A stretch of 64,000 bases of DNA from an uncultured Clostridia bacterium (GTDB lineage: Bacteria > Acidobacteriota > Aminicenantia > JBFLYD01 > JBBIMS01), in contig CAZYPR010000004.1 of the NCBI GenBank assembly GCA_964649495.1, forward strand, positions 11,474 through 75,473. Reading direction: 5' to 3'. The notes below the pieces were generated by a model. The model saw nothing but the letters and a program-made list of their open reading frames with translations, did not search any database and had not been told where the DNA came from. Of the stretch, positions 36,546 to 48,119 are shown piece after piece (positions within the stretch are counted from its first letter, which is position 1; every line of letters starts with the position of its first letter). The translations under genes and the position numbers were made by a program.

Positions 36546-39500
36546 CTACTTCTTTGGATATGGAGGAACTGGAGGGAGTTTCCTCTCCTTTGTTTTAAGC
36601 TCCTCAAGGATGAGCTCTATTGCTTTGTTGAGTTGTTCATCTATTCCTTCATATTCCTTTGCAGGGTCATTATCTACATAAACATCAGGTTCTACGCCGT
36701 GACCCTCTATTATCCATTTACCTTCAAGTCCATAGGTTGCAAACTCAGGCTTGTTCAAGTATCCGCCATCGGTTAATGGTAGAGTTCCTCTTATTCCAAT
36801 GACTCCTCCCCATGTTCTCTTTCCAACAAGTTTTCCAAGATTATATTTTTTGAATCTGTATGGGAATATGTCTCCGTCAGAAGCTGAGAACTCATCAATT
36901 AGACAGATTTTTGGACCCATTAAAAGGGCTGATGGATCAGGTTGTGGAACAGAACCCCTTGCAATATCAATCATTGCAACTTCCCTTGCCAGCCTTTCAA
37001 TTATCATAGGAGAAACATTACCTCCTCCATTACCTCTAACATCAACTATTAATGCTTTCTTTCTTAGCTGGGGATAGAAGTGCTTAACGAATTCATTCAA
37101 CCCTCTAACTCCCATATCAGGAATGTGGATGTAACCTACTTTTCCATCGGTTGCCTTTTCAACTTTTTCTATATTCTTTTGCACCCAGTTGTAATAATAA
37201 AGATTATTCTCATTTTCTATCGGAATTACAACCACATCCCTTGCTCCTATTTCAGATGGTTTGCTATTAACCTTCAATGTCACCTGCTTTCCCGCAGTAT
37301 TCACAAGAGATTCATAAATATTCTCCATTTTGTTTGTTAACTTTCCGTTTACAGCAATTATCCAGTCGCCCTCTTTAATATTTACTCCAAGTTCGGTCAA
37401 TGGAGACCTTAGGGATTTGTCCCAGTTCTGTCCTTTTAATATCTTCTTTATCCTGTAAAAACCTGTTTCTTTATCCCTTTCAAGCTGAGCTCCGAGCATC
37501 CCTACATTCACTCTTTTTACCTGAGGTAAATCTCCTCCACCAACATATGTATGTCCTGCGTTCAGTTCTCCTATCATCTCTCCTATTACATAGGTAAGAT
37601 CTGCCCTGTGATTAACTGCCCTTGCAAGAGGCTCATACTGTTTCTTGACCTTTTCCCAGTCTACTCCATGTAAATTTGGATCATAGAAGAAATCCTTCAT
37701 CTGGCGCCAGCATTCTTCGAAAATTTGAGCCCATTCAGCTTTTCTGTTAAGTTTCATTTCCATGTTGGAAAGATCAAGCTTTTCCTCAATTTTCAATGGA
37801 GAGGTAGGAAGATCTATTATTGCAAATGTTCTATCCTGGGAAACAAGCATCTTTTTACCATCAGCAGATATTACAAAGGAATTTATACTGCCAATTTCTT
37901 TTTCCTCAAGCTTTTTCAAATCATAAAATTTCAGAACCGCCCTCTGATCCCTGTCCCCCCTTTTCATGTAGTATAGCTTCTCTCCTACTGACGAAAGATT
38001 CCAGTAATTTGCAACCTCTATAGGAAACCCAACAATCCTATCTTTAATCCCCTCTGGATCAACCTTTATAGATTTTACTTTTTCCATTTCCTTTTTTGCT
38101 TCTTCCTTTTTCACTTCCTGTTTTTCTGATGGTGCACTTTTTGGTTTTTCAGAAATCTCAATTTCATCACTCTTTGGCTCAAAAGGTGATTTCTCTTCTG
38201 CAGAAAGTGTGACAAGATAAATTCTTGACATAGAGAGATATGCATGATTAAACTCTGTCCTGCTGTAAACAGGATTGAAATCTCTGTCGGATACAAAGAA
38301 AAGGTATTTTCCGTCAGAACTGAAATGGGGAGATAAGGAATTATACCAGCCATCGGTAACCTCATAGGTCTTTTTGTTTACAAGGGAGTAAAGATAAATC
38401 TTTGTCATTCCTTCAACTTCTGGCTTAGCGAATGCAATCCAGTTGCTATCGGGAGACCATGTATAGGAACGAATTTCCCAGGCTGTTCCTTTTGCAACCT
38501 CCACAACCTCCTTTGAATCGATATCCACATAGTATAGCCTGAAATTTCTGTCAGACCACATTATCTTTTTACTGTCGGGAGACCATTCAATGTCATACTT
38601 ATAAGTATCAGCATTCTTGGTAATCTGAATTGGTTCTTTTGAGCCATCCTGAGGCATTATATAAATTTCATCCCTTCCAGATCCATCGGAAATAAATGCA
38701 ATCCATTTACCATCTGGAGACCATTTTGGATTTCTCTCATGAGTTCCTGAAGAATTTGTTAGATTCCGCGTGTTCCCATGCTTTGCAGGGACAGTAAAAA
38801 CTTCACCCCTTGCACCGAATAAAGCCCTTTTACCATCAGGAGAAATATCAAAATAATTTATTTTGTCCGAAACCTTAACAATCTCCTCTCTTCCTGTAAT
38901 CTGGTCATCCGCAATGTAGATTGTAATTTTTGAAACCTTCTCATTTTTTAGGTCGAATCTATAAATAAAACCTCCGTTTTCGAAAACAATGGAATCAGGA
39001 CCAAGGGATGGGAATTTTATGTCATAATCTTCAAAATTTGTTAGTTTCCTTGTTTTCTTTGTAGGGATTTCATAGACATATAAATTCATTCTTGCATTCT
39101 CATCTCTGTCCGAAAGGAAATATATTTTATCTCCATGCCACATGGGTATTATGTCAAGAGAAGGGTTGTTGGTAATGTTTTCCAGTTTTTTTGTCTGGTA
39201 ATCATAAATCCATACATCATCAGCCATTCCTCCCCTGTATCTCTTCCATGTTCTGAACTCCCTGAAAATCCTGTTGTATGCAAGTTTCTTTCCATCAGGA
39301 GAGAATGAACAAAACCCACCCCTTGGAAGGGGTAATTGCTCTGGAAGTCCTCCATTCTTTGACACTGTGTAAAGTTGACCATTGAAATCATTCCACTCTC
39401 TCATCCTTGAACGGAAAACAATCCTTTCGCCATCCGGAGTCCATCCCATGACAATGTTGTTGGGTCCCATCCTGTCTGAAATATCATCTCTGCTCAAAAC

Positions 39501-39824
39501 TGGAGTATATGTCAACCTTTTAGGAATTCCACCTTCTGAAGGTATTATATAAACTTCCCTGTTTCCATCGTATTCTCCTGTGAATGCAATCAGTTTACCA
39601 TCAGGAGAGAATCTTGCAAAACATTCGTATCCCACATGGGATGTTAGTTTCCTTGCAATCCCACCTGTAACAGGAACAGTGTATAGATCACCTGCATAGG
39701 TAAAAACAACCTGATCCTTATAAATTGCAGGAAACCTCAAAACCCTTGCTTCTTCAAGAGCAAAGGAAGTGGAAATTAAAAAGAAAAAAAATAAAAAATA
39801 AAACCTCTTCATTTTTCCCTCCAT
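36546..39824 (-). CDS. Tricorn protease homologue (beta-propellers, PDZ, S41 peptidase domain)
   Basis: 1092 aa with a signal peptide, N-terminal TolB/WD40-like propeller repeats and a C-terminal S41 region GGNVSPMII...RTWGGVIGI. Confidence 0.8.
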   Translation of the reverse strand: MEGKMKRFYFLFFFFLISTSFALEEARVLRFPAIYKDQVVFTYAGDLYTVPVTGGIARKLTSHVGYECFARFSPDGKLIAFTGEYDGNREVYIIPSEGGIPKRLTYTPVLSRDDISDRMGPNNIVMGWTPDGERIVFRSRMREWNDFNGQLYTVSKNGGLPEQLPLPRGGFCSFSPDGKKLAYNRIFREFRTWKRYRGGMADDVWIYDYQTKKLENITNNPSLDIIPMWHGDKIYFLSDRDENARMNLYVYEIPTKKTRKLTNFEDYDIKFPSLGPDSIVFENGGFIYRFDLKNEKVSKITIYIADDQITGREEIVKVSDKINYFDISPDGKRALFGARGEVFTVPAKHGNTRNLTNSSGTHERNPKWSPDGKWIAFISDGSGRDEIYIMPQDGSKEPIQITKNADTYKYDIEWSPDSKKIMWSDRNFRLYYVDIDSKEVVEVAKGTAWEIRSYTWSPDSNWIAFAKPEVEGMTKIYLYSLVNKKTYEVTDGWYNSLSPHFSSDGKYLFFVSDRDFNPVYSRTEFNHAYLSMSRIYLVTLSAEEKSPFEPKSDEIEISEKPKSAPSEKQEVKKEEAKKEMEKVKSIKVDPEGIKDRIVGFPIEVANYWNLSSVGEKLYYMKRGDRDQRAVLKFYDLKKLEEKEIGSINSFVISADGKKMLVSQDRTFAIIDLPTSPLKIEEKLDLSNMEMKLNRKAEWAQIFEECWRQMKDFFYDPNLHGVDWEKVKKQYEPLARAVNHRADLTYVIGEMIGELNAGHTYVGGGDLPQVKRVNVGMLGAQLERDKETGFYRIKKILKGQNWDKSLRSPLTELGVNIKEGDWIIAVNGKLTNKMENIYESLVNTAGKQVTLKVNSKPSEIGARDVVVIPIENENNLYYYNWVQKNIEKVEKATDGKVGYIHIPDMGVRGLNEFVKHFYPQLRKKALIVDVRGNGGGNVSPMIIERLAREVAMIDIARGSVPQPDPSALLMGPKICLIDEFSASDGDIFPYRFKKYNLGKLVGKRTWGGVIGIRGTLPLTDGGYLNKPEFATYGLEGKWIIEGHGVEPDVYVDNDPAKEYEGIDEQLNKAIELILEELKTKERKLPPVPPYPKK

Positions 39825-39856
39825 ACTTTTATTACGAAATTTTTATAGCGATTGTT

Positions 39857-40300
39857 CTACGAGCTCTCTTCAGTTAAAATTTTCACAATCTTTTTTGCAT
39901 ATTCAGAGCTTTCAGAATCAACACCTTTAATTTTTATCTCTAAAGGGGATTTTACCCCTAAATCGAGTTCCACACCCCTTGCAATTTGCTCCTGCTCAAA
40001 AATTTTTCTTTCCATAATATCTTTATTGCTTCCAAGCTCCTTTAAAATTGCAATTCCCACAGCATCAATTGCTATTCTATCTGTTCCCGCAAGAAAAACA
40101 GGTTTTGCAACAAGAAATCCATCCTTCCAGTGGGAATTAGGAGGATAAATCCTTTGGTATCCATTCTCGCCAAGCTCATCAAAATTTATTACCTCTACAT
40201 CAAATTCCTTTGCGAGTTCATAGATATTCTTCTTTCTCAAAACCTGTTCGGTTGGCTCTGGTCCTGACCTATCACCAATTTTTATTTTCCTCCCCCCCAT
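39857..40300 (-). pseudogene. DUF362-family protein, C-terminal fragment only
   Basis: TDRIAIDAVGIAILKELG matches the DUF362 C-terminal region. The N-terminal two-thirds are absent, and the fragment abuts a truncated gene on the other strand. Confidence 0.4.
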
Positions 40301-40327
40301 ATCTTTTATAATCCTGAGATAGAGTGT

Positions 40328-40774
40328 GTGAAGGCTGATCCAGTTCAGATGGAACAGGTGATTATGAATCTTGCTCTAAATGCAAGGGATGCAATGCCTG
40401 AGGGTGGTGTTCTCACGATAACCACTAAAAATGATGAGATCAAGGAATCCGACTGCAAATTAAATCCTGAGGCAAAACCTGGAAAATATGTTGTCATTAA
40501 GGTTTCTGACACAGGAACAGGAATTCCGAAAGAGAAAATTGGTAAAATATTTGAGCCTTTTTTCTCCACCAAAGAGAAGGGCTCAGGGCTTGGACTTTCG
40601 ATTGTTTACGGCATAGTTAAGCAATCAGGAGGTCATATAAATGTTGAGAGTGAATTAGGAAAAGGAACAACATTTAAGATTTATATTCCTGTTTCCGAGG
40701 AGAAAGTTGACAATCTTTCAAGAAATGGAAAGGAAGAGAAGGTATTGCCTAAAGGGAAGGGAAGAAAATGTTAA
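40328..40774 (+). pseudogene. Histidine kinase HATPase_c domain fragment (no HisKA or sensor region), followed by an out-of-frame receiver-domain tail
   Basis: N, G1 and G2 boxes (MNLALNARDA, DTGTGIP, GSGLGLSIV) are present. The ORF starts at ADPVQMEQV, which is the start of the ATP-lid region. A different frame at ~40753-40830 reads FLQKPFTPSTLLEKIESLLKN, a receiver C-terminal helix. Confidence 0.55.
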
Positions 40775-41084
40775 CTTTTTACAAAAACCATTTACTCCAT
40801 CGACCCTTCTCGAAAAGATAGAGAGTCTCCTTAAAAATTAGGTTTTCTTTTGCAATTTTAATTTTTATCTCATAGCAGAAGTGACAGTAAAAATTGTGGA
40901 TTTTAGAGAACATAGGTTGTATATGTTAAATTTTGAAAAGAGCTTGCTCATGGGAAAAATTTCTGATAGGGAGAATGAAATTCTTTTGGCTTCAGAGCTT
41001 GCCAAATCTTTATCTTTAAAAGTAGGGTATAGACAAATGGTAAATTGAAAGTCATCTTGGATAAAGCATCAATTATGATATAAT

Positions 41085-41957
41085 TTGTTTATGATAAAAA
41101 AAGCGGTTTTCCCGGCTGCTGGTTTAGGAACAAGATTTCTTCCTGCAACAAAAGCTCAACCCAAAGAGATGCTTACCCTTATTGATAAACCGTTGATACA
41201 GTATGGAATTGAAGAGGTTGCAAATTCTGGAATTGAGAATGTAATAATTGTTACCTCAAAAGGTAAGAATTCAATAGAGGATTATTTTGATTACAACAGG
41301 GAACTTGAGATTTTCCTTGAGGAAAAGGGGAGCTTTGAAGCTCTTAAAGAGGTTCAAAGAATTTCTGACCTTATAAACATATTTTATGTTCGTCAGAAAA
41401 TTCCCATGGGGCTTGGACATGCAGTTTTAATGGCAAAAGAGATTGTAGGGAATGAACCTTTTGCGGTTGTTTTAGCTGATGATATCATTGATTCTGAAAC
41501 TCCATGTATTAAACAATTAATGGAAATATTTGAAAATTTTAAATCCACTGTTTTAGCCCTTGAAAGAGTTCCAATGGAGGAAACAAAATCTTATGGAATA
41601 GTAAAGGGGAGAAAGATTTCAGAAAGACTTTTTGAAATAGAGGATATGGTGGAGAAACCAGAGCCATCCTCAGCTCCATCGGACATAGCAATAATTGGAA
41701 GATATATTCTTACTCCAACAATATTTGAAATCCTTTCCAAAACTCCTCCAGGAGTAAGGGGGGAGATTCAATTAACAGATGCTATAAGAGCTCTTCTGAA
41801 AAAAGAGAAGGTGTATGGGTATATTTTTGAAGGTAAAAGATACGATGCGGGAGATAAATTTGGCTTTATTAGAGCAACAATAGAGCTCTCGTTAAAAAGA
41901 AAAGATATTGGAGAAAAGGTCAAAAACTATATAAAATCCCTGATTAAAGTGATTTAG
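41085..41957 (+). CDS. galU: UTP--glucose-1-phosphate uridylyltransferase
   Basis: AVFPAAGLGTRFLPATKAQPKEML N-terminal signature. Confidence 0.85.
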   Translation: MFMIKKAVFPAAGLGTRFLPATKAQPKEMLTLIDKPLIQYGIEEVANSGIENVIIVTSKGKNSIEDYFDYNRELEIFLEEKGSFEALKEVQRISDLINIFYVRQKIPMGLGHAVLMAKEIVGNEPFAVVLADDIIDSETPCIKQLMEIFENFKSTVLALERVPMEETKSYGIVKGRKISERLFEIEDMVEKPEPSSAPSDIAIIGRYILTPTIFEILSKTPPGVRGEIQLTDAIRALLKKEKVYGYIFEGKRYDAGDKFGFIRATIELSLKRKDIGEKVKNYIKSLIKVI

Positions 41958-41974
41958 AATTTTATTGGCGAGTA

Positions 41975-42379
41975 ATGTTTTCTATATTTTTCACAACAGC
42001 AGATGCGGGAATAAGGGTTGAGGCGGATTCCCTCGAAGAGCTATTTTTAGATTCAGCAAGGGGAATGTTTTTTCTTATGACTGAAAAGGATGAAATAAAA
42101 GATCAAATAGAAAGGGAGGTAAATATTGAAAGCCATGAGCTCGATTTTCTCCTTTTTCAGTGGCTTTCAGAGCTTCTTTGGCTTTCAGAGACAGAAAAGA
42201 TAATTTTTGGTAAATTCGAGATCATTGAGTTAGAAGAAAACTTTTTAAAGGCAAAATGTTCTGGAGAAAGGCTTGTTCCTGGTTCCATCAAAAGATTGAT
42301 AAAAGCAGTAACCTTGCACAATCTTCATATTGTAAGGCATAATAATAAATGGAGGACAGAAATTATTTTTGATCTTTGA
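41975..42379 (+). CDS. Archease (RtcB activator)
   Basis: 134 aa. Its size, its position immediately upstream of rtcB and its acidic N-terminal region fit an archease. Confidence 0.6.
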   Translation: MFSIFFTTADAGIRVEADSLEELFLDSARGMFFLMTEKDEIKDQIEREVNIESHELDFLLFQWLSELLWLSETEKIIFGKFEIIELEENFLKAKCSGERLVPGSIKRLIKAVTLHNLHIVRHNNKWRTEIIFDL

Positions 42380-42390
42380 GGAGGATTTAA

Positions 42391-43833
42391 ATGAGAAAAG
42401 ATTTGATAAAAATAAATAATTACAAATGGGAGATTCCAAAAGAATCCAATCCCCTCATGAGGGTTCCAGGTATAATATTTGCTTCTGAAAGACTAATAGC
42501 AGAAACAGAGGAGCAGGCTTTCACTCAGGTAATAAATTCTGCCTCTCTACCAGGGATTTTAAAAGCTTCAATTGCTATGCCAGATATTCATTTTGGTTAT
42601 GGCTTGCCAATTGGAGGAGTTGTTGCAACAGATTGGGAGAATGGAGTTATATCTCCTGGTGGTGTTGGATTCGACATTAATTGTGGTGTTCGGTTGATGA
42701 GGACAGCTCTTTTCCTAAAAGATATAAAAGGGAAAGAGAGGGAGATTGTAAATTCCCTTTACAGACATATTCCCACTGGAGTTGGTTCCACAGGCTCTCT
42801 CACTCTTTCCCATAACGAGCTTAAAGAGGTTTTAAAGAAGGGTGCGAGATGGGCAGTTGAAAGAGGCTATGGAAACCCTGAGGACCTTGAGTATATAGAA
42901 TCCAATGGCTCCATCCCTGAGGCAAATCCTGATAAGGTTTCCACAAAAGCCCTGGAAAGGGGGAAGGATCAGCTTGGAACCCTTGGCTCAGGTAACCATT
43001 TTCTTGAAGTTCAATTTGTTGAAGAAGTATATGATGAAAGGATCGCAAAGGCTTTAGGGCTTGAGAAGAACATGATAACAGTAATGATCCATACAGGGTC
43101 AAGAGGTCTTGGTCATCAGGTTGCAACAGATTATGTGGCAATTCTTGGGAATGCCATGAAAAAATACGGAATCTCTGTTCCCGATAAGCAACTTGCCTGT
43201 GCTCCCATTAATTCAAAAGAGGGGAGAGACTATTTTGAAGCAATGTCAGCATCTGCAAACTTTGCATGGGCAAACAGGCAGATTATAATGCACTGGGCTG
43301 AAGAGGCTATTATGAAAGCTCTCGGAATATCAAAAAATGCTTTTGGAATGAGACTTATATACGATGTTGCCCATAACATTGCCAAAAAGGAGGAGCATAT
43401 AATTGATGGGAAAAAGAGAACAGTTGCTGTCCATCGCAAAGGTGCAACAAGGGCATTCCCACCAGGTCATCCAGAAATTCCTCAAAAATATCGGGATATA
43501 GGTCAGCCTGTCATAATTCCTGGAGACATGGGAAGGTATTCCTATTTGCTTACAGGGGTAAAGGAGGCTATGGAAGAAAGCTTTGGCTCATCGTGTCATG
43601 GAGCGGGAAGGGTTCTCTCAAGGCATCAGGCTATAAAAAGAGCTCAGGGAAGGTCAATCATTTCTGAGCTTGAAAGGGAAGGAATTCTTGTGAGAGCTTC
43701 TGATAAAGAGACAGTGGTTGAAGAAATGCCCGAGGCTTACAAGGATGTATCCCTTGTTGTTGACTCCATAGTCGGAGCATCCATTTCAAAAAAGATCGCT
43801 AAGATGAAGCCGATTGTAGTGATAAAAGGATGA
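42391..43833 (+). CDS. rtcB: RtcB RNA 3'-phosphate/2',3'-cyclic phosphate ligase
   Basis: Motifs GSGNHFLEV, MIHTGSRGLGHQ and SSCHGAGR. Confidence 0.9.
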   Translation: MRKDLIKINNYKWEIPKESNPLMRVPGIIFASERLIAETEEQAFTQVINSASLPGILKASIAMPDIHFGYGLPIGGVVATDWENGVISPGGVGFDINCGVRLMRTALFLKDIKGKEREIVNSLYRHIPTGVGSTGSLTLSHNELKEVLKKGARWAVERGYGNPEDLEYIESNGSIPEANPDKVSTKALERGKDQLGTLGSGNHFLEVQFVEEVYDERIAKALGLEKNMITVMIHTGSRGLGHQVATDYVAILGNAMKKYGISVPDKQLACAPINSKEGRDYFEAMSASANFAWANRQIIMHWAEEAIMKALGISKNAFGMRLIYDVAHNIAKKEEHIIDGKKRTVAVHRKGATRAFPPGHPEIPQKYRDIGQPVIIPGDMGRYSYLLTGVKEAMEESFGSSCHGAGRVLSRHQAIKRAQGRSIISELEREGILVRASDKETVVEEMPEAYKDVSLVVDSIVGASISKKIAKMKPIVVIKG

Positions 43834-43854
43834 AAGAAAAGTCAAAATTTTTTA

Positions 43855-44097
43855 TTGGAGGGAGAAATGTTCGAGGATTTCTGGGAAGGTTTTGGTATAA
43901 GGTTTGGTCCATGGGGATTTGGTTTTGGAGGATGGGGGAAAGGACTCTTCTACAACAGAACAGAGAAATCCCACATCCTTCAAATAAGAATTAACCCGAA
44001 TGTTAAAAAAGAGGAGATAAAGGTTAGATTGAAAAAACCCGGTCTTCTCGAAATAGAATGGCCAAGAGAGATTGGAGAAGAGATAGAGGTTGAGTAG
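43855..44097 (+). CDS. Small Gly/Trp-rich protein with Hsp20-like C-terminal segment
   Basis: 80 aa. The tail LQIRINPNVKKEEIKVRLKKPGLLEIEWPR resembles a partial alpha-crystallin domain. This assignment is weak. Confidence 0.3.
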   Translation: MEGEMFEDFWEGFGIRFGPWGFGFGGWGKGLFYNRTEKSHILQIRINPNVKKEEIKVRLKKPGLLEIEWPREIGEEIEVE

Positions 44098-44204
44098 CTA
44101 AATTAAATAAAAAAGCTCTCAAAATCTTTTGGATTTTTTATCTATTAGAGATAAACTTTTGAAATTCAACTAATTTTGATATTCTTTATAATGAGGAGAA
44201 AAAT

Positions 44205-45344
44205 ATGATTAAGAAATTACAAGTAAAAAATTACAAAAGTTTGAAAAATTTGGAATTGGAGCTAAGCAAAAGAAATGTTCTTGTTGGTCCTAATATGTCA
44301 GGAAAGAGCAACTTGATTGATTGCCTCAAATTTCTGAGGGAGATGTGTATTTCAGGGTTGAACACAGCCTTTCTAAATCGTGGTGGGTTTCCTGAAGTTG
44401 CATGGAAAGGTGGAAATTATGAACCTATTCTTTTCAAATTAATAATTGAAATAGATTCAAAAGAATATGAATATGAAATCTCTGTTTCTGGTAGTTATAC
44501 TGGGCTTATTTCTGTAAAAAGTGAAAATTTAAAAGTCACAACTCCTGATGGTAATTACCAATTAATAGATATTAAAGATGGACATGGTAAAGTTTTCCAT
44601 TCAAATGGCTCGATTGCCTTTACTCCTGCGAGTCCTGCGACCTCTTCATTGGAGTTTTCAGTTCCGGGTTGGGAAGGGATGATAGTTAAAAACTATATCC
44701 TTCGCTGGCAATTTTACCGATTATTACCATCACTAATGAAACAGCCAAACCCAGCTACCGCTCAGTCTTTTCTTACAGAGAATGGTGATAATTTTTCCAG
44801 TTGGTTTATGACACTTCAAACCAGTTATCCTGAAAACTTCGAGCTAATAAAGCAGGCTACAAAAGATGTTTTCCCGGATTTAAAAGAGATACTTACTCGT
44901 CCCACTCAATTTGCGACCACTTATATGATTACAAAGGAAAAATATCTTAAAAGGGAGATTTCAGTTTGGAATATGTCTGATGGTGAAATTGTATTTTTAG
45001 CATGGTTATCCTTGATATTTGCTCCAGCAGAACTTGGTGCGCCCTTGTATTGTATTGAGGAAATAGAAAATCATTTACATCCCAGATTGTTGGAAATATT
45101 AGTTGAAGTGCTAGATCAAAGGCAAAAAGAATTGGGTCCCCAAGCAGCGCAAATAATAGTAACTACGCACTCGCCTTATCTGGTAGACAAAATGGATATT
45201 GAAGATCTAATAGTTGTTGAAAAAAAAGAGGGAGCTACACACTGTTTGCGTCCTGCGTCCAAAACACATCTAAAAGAGCTTTTAGAACGTGAGGATATTG
45301 GACTGGGGGAGCTCTGGTATTCGGGAGCACTTTGTAGTGAATGA
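44205..45344 (+). CDS. ABC-type ATPase of the AAA_15/AAA_21 (OLD/SMC-like) class
   Basis: N-terminal QVKNYKSL...VLVGPNMSGKSNLIDCL (Walker A), Walker B LYCIEEIENHLHP and H-loop VTTHSP. Confidence 0.75.
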   Translation: MIKKLQVKNYKSLKNLELELSKRNVLVGPNMSGKSNLIDCLKFLREMCISGLNTAFLNRGGFPEVAWKGGNYEPILFKLIIEIDSKEYEYEISVSGSYTGLISVKSENLKVTTPDGNYQLIDIKDGHGKVFHSNGSIAFTPASPATSSLEFSVPGWEGMIVKNYILRWQFYRLLPSLMKQPNPATAQSFLTENGDNFSSWFMTLQTSYPENFELIKQATKDVFPDLKEILTRPTQFATTYMITKEKYLKREISVWNMSDGEIVFLAWLSLIFAPAELGAPLYCIEEIENHLHPRLLEILVEVLDQRQKELGPQAAQIIVTTHSPYLVDKMDIEDLIVVEKKEGATHCLRPASKTHLKELLEREDIGLGELWYSGALCSE

Positions 45345-45513
45345 TGAATCAATTCAAAAACCCAAGGAAAAACTCAAGGAAATTCTTTCCCAAGCAGGTA
45401 TAATTTATACAGATCAAGTGGCAAAGGAAATTGCTAAGGAAATAGATTTATCCAAATTGGAATACCGTTGTCCAAGATTCAAAAGATTTCGTAAAGAGGT
45501 TATCGACTGTTAG
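45289..45513 (+). CDS. Short ORF downstream of the ATPase, possibly a truncated DUF4276-like partner
   Basis: It overlaps the ATPase stop. Its likely start is GTG at 45337 (~59 aa). The C-terminal RCPRFKRFRKEV resembles the CPxFxxF tail I recall for DUF4276. This assignment is weak. Confidence 0.3.
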   Translation: MRILDWGSSGIREHFVVNDESIQKPKEKLKEILSQAGIIYTDQVAKEIAKEIDLSKLEYRCPRFKRFRKEVIDC

Positions 45514-45620
45514 CGGGTAGGAGAGAGGAGAAGTTTTCAAATGTCTTGATTCTAAACTCAATAAAGTTTTATAAAAAAATGTTTTAAAATCTCTATTTTT
45601 CTGTTATAATTTATATTTAA

Positions 45621-48032
<2,412 letters not shown>

Positions 48033-48119
48033 TGAGCGAGGCAGCCGATAAATACAAGGCAAGCGAGAAAGGAGAAAAAAGATAGGGAATAGATGAATAG
48101 TTAGATATGGATATTAGAA

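Noticed and set aside
36384-36776. 130-aa plus-strand ORF spanning the M28/tricorn junction
   Set aside because: It is antisense to two strongly supported genes and reads like a shadow ORF.
39785-39812. A-rich tract (aaagaaaaaaaataaaaaataaaacc) at the tricorn start
   Set aside because: It encodes the Lys/Phe-rich signal-peptide region on the minus strand and is not an independent repeat element.
40775-41084. Possible small gene or tRNA in the 310-bp gap before galU
   Set aside because: It has no cloverleaf-like GC-rich stems and no T-loop consensus. The only ORF (~32 aa, MGKISDRENEILLASELAK...) has no support.
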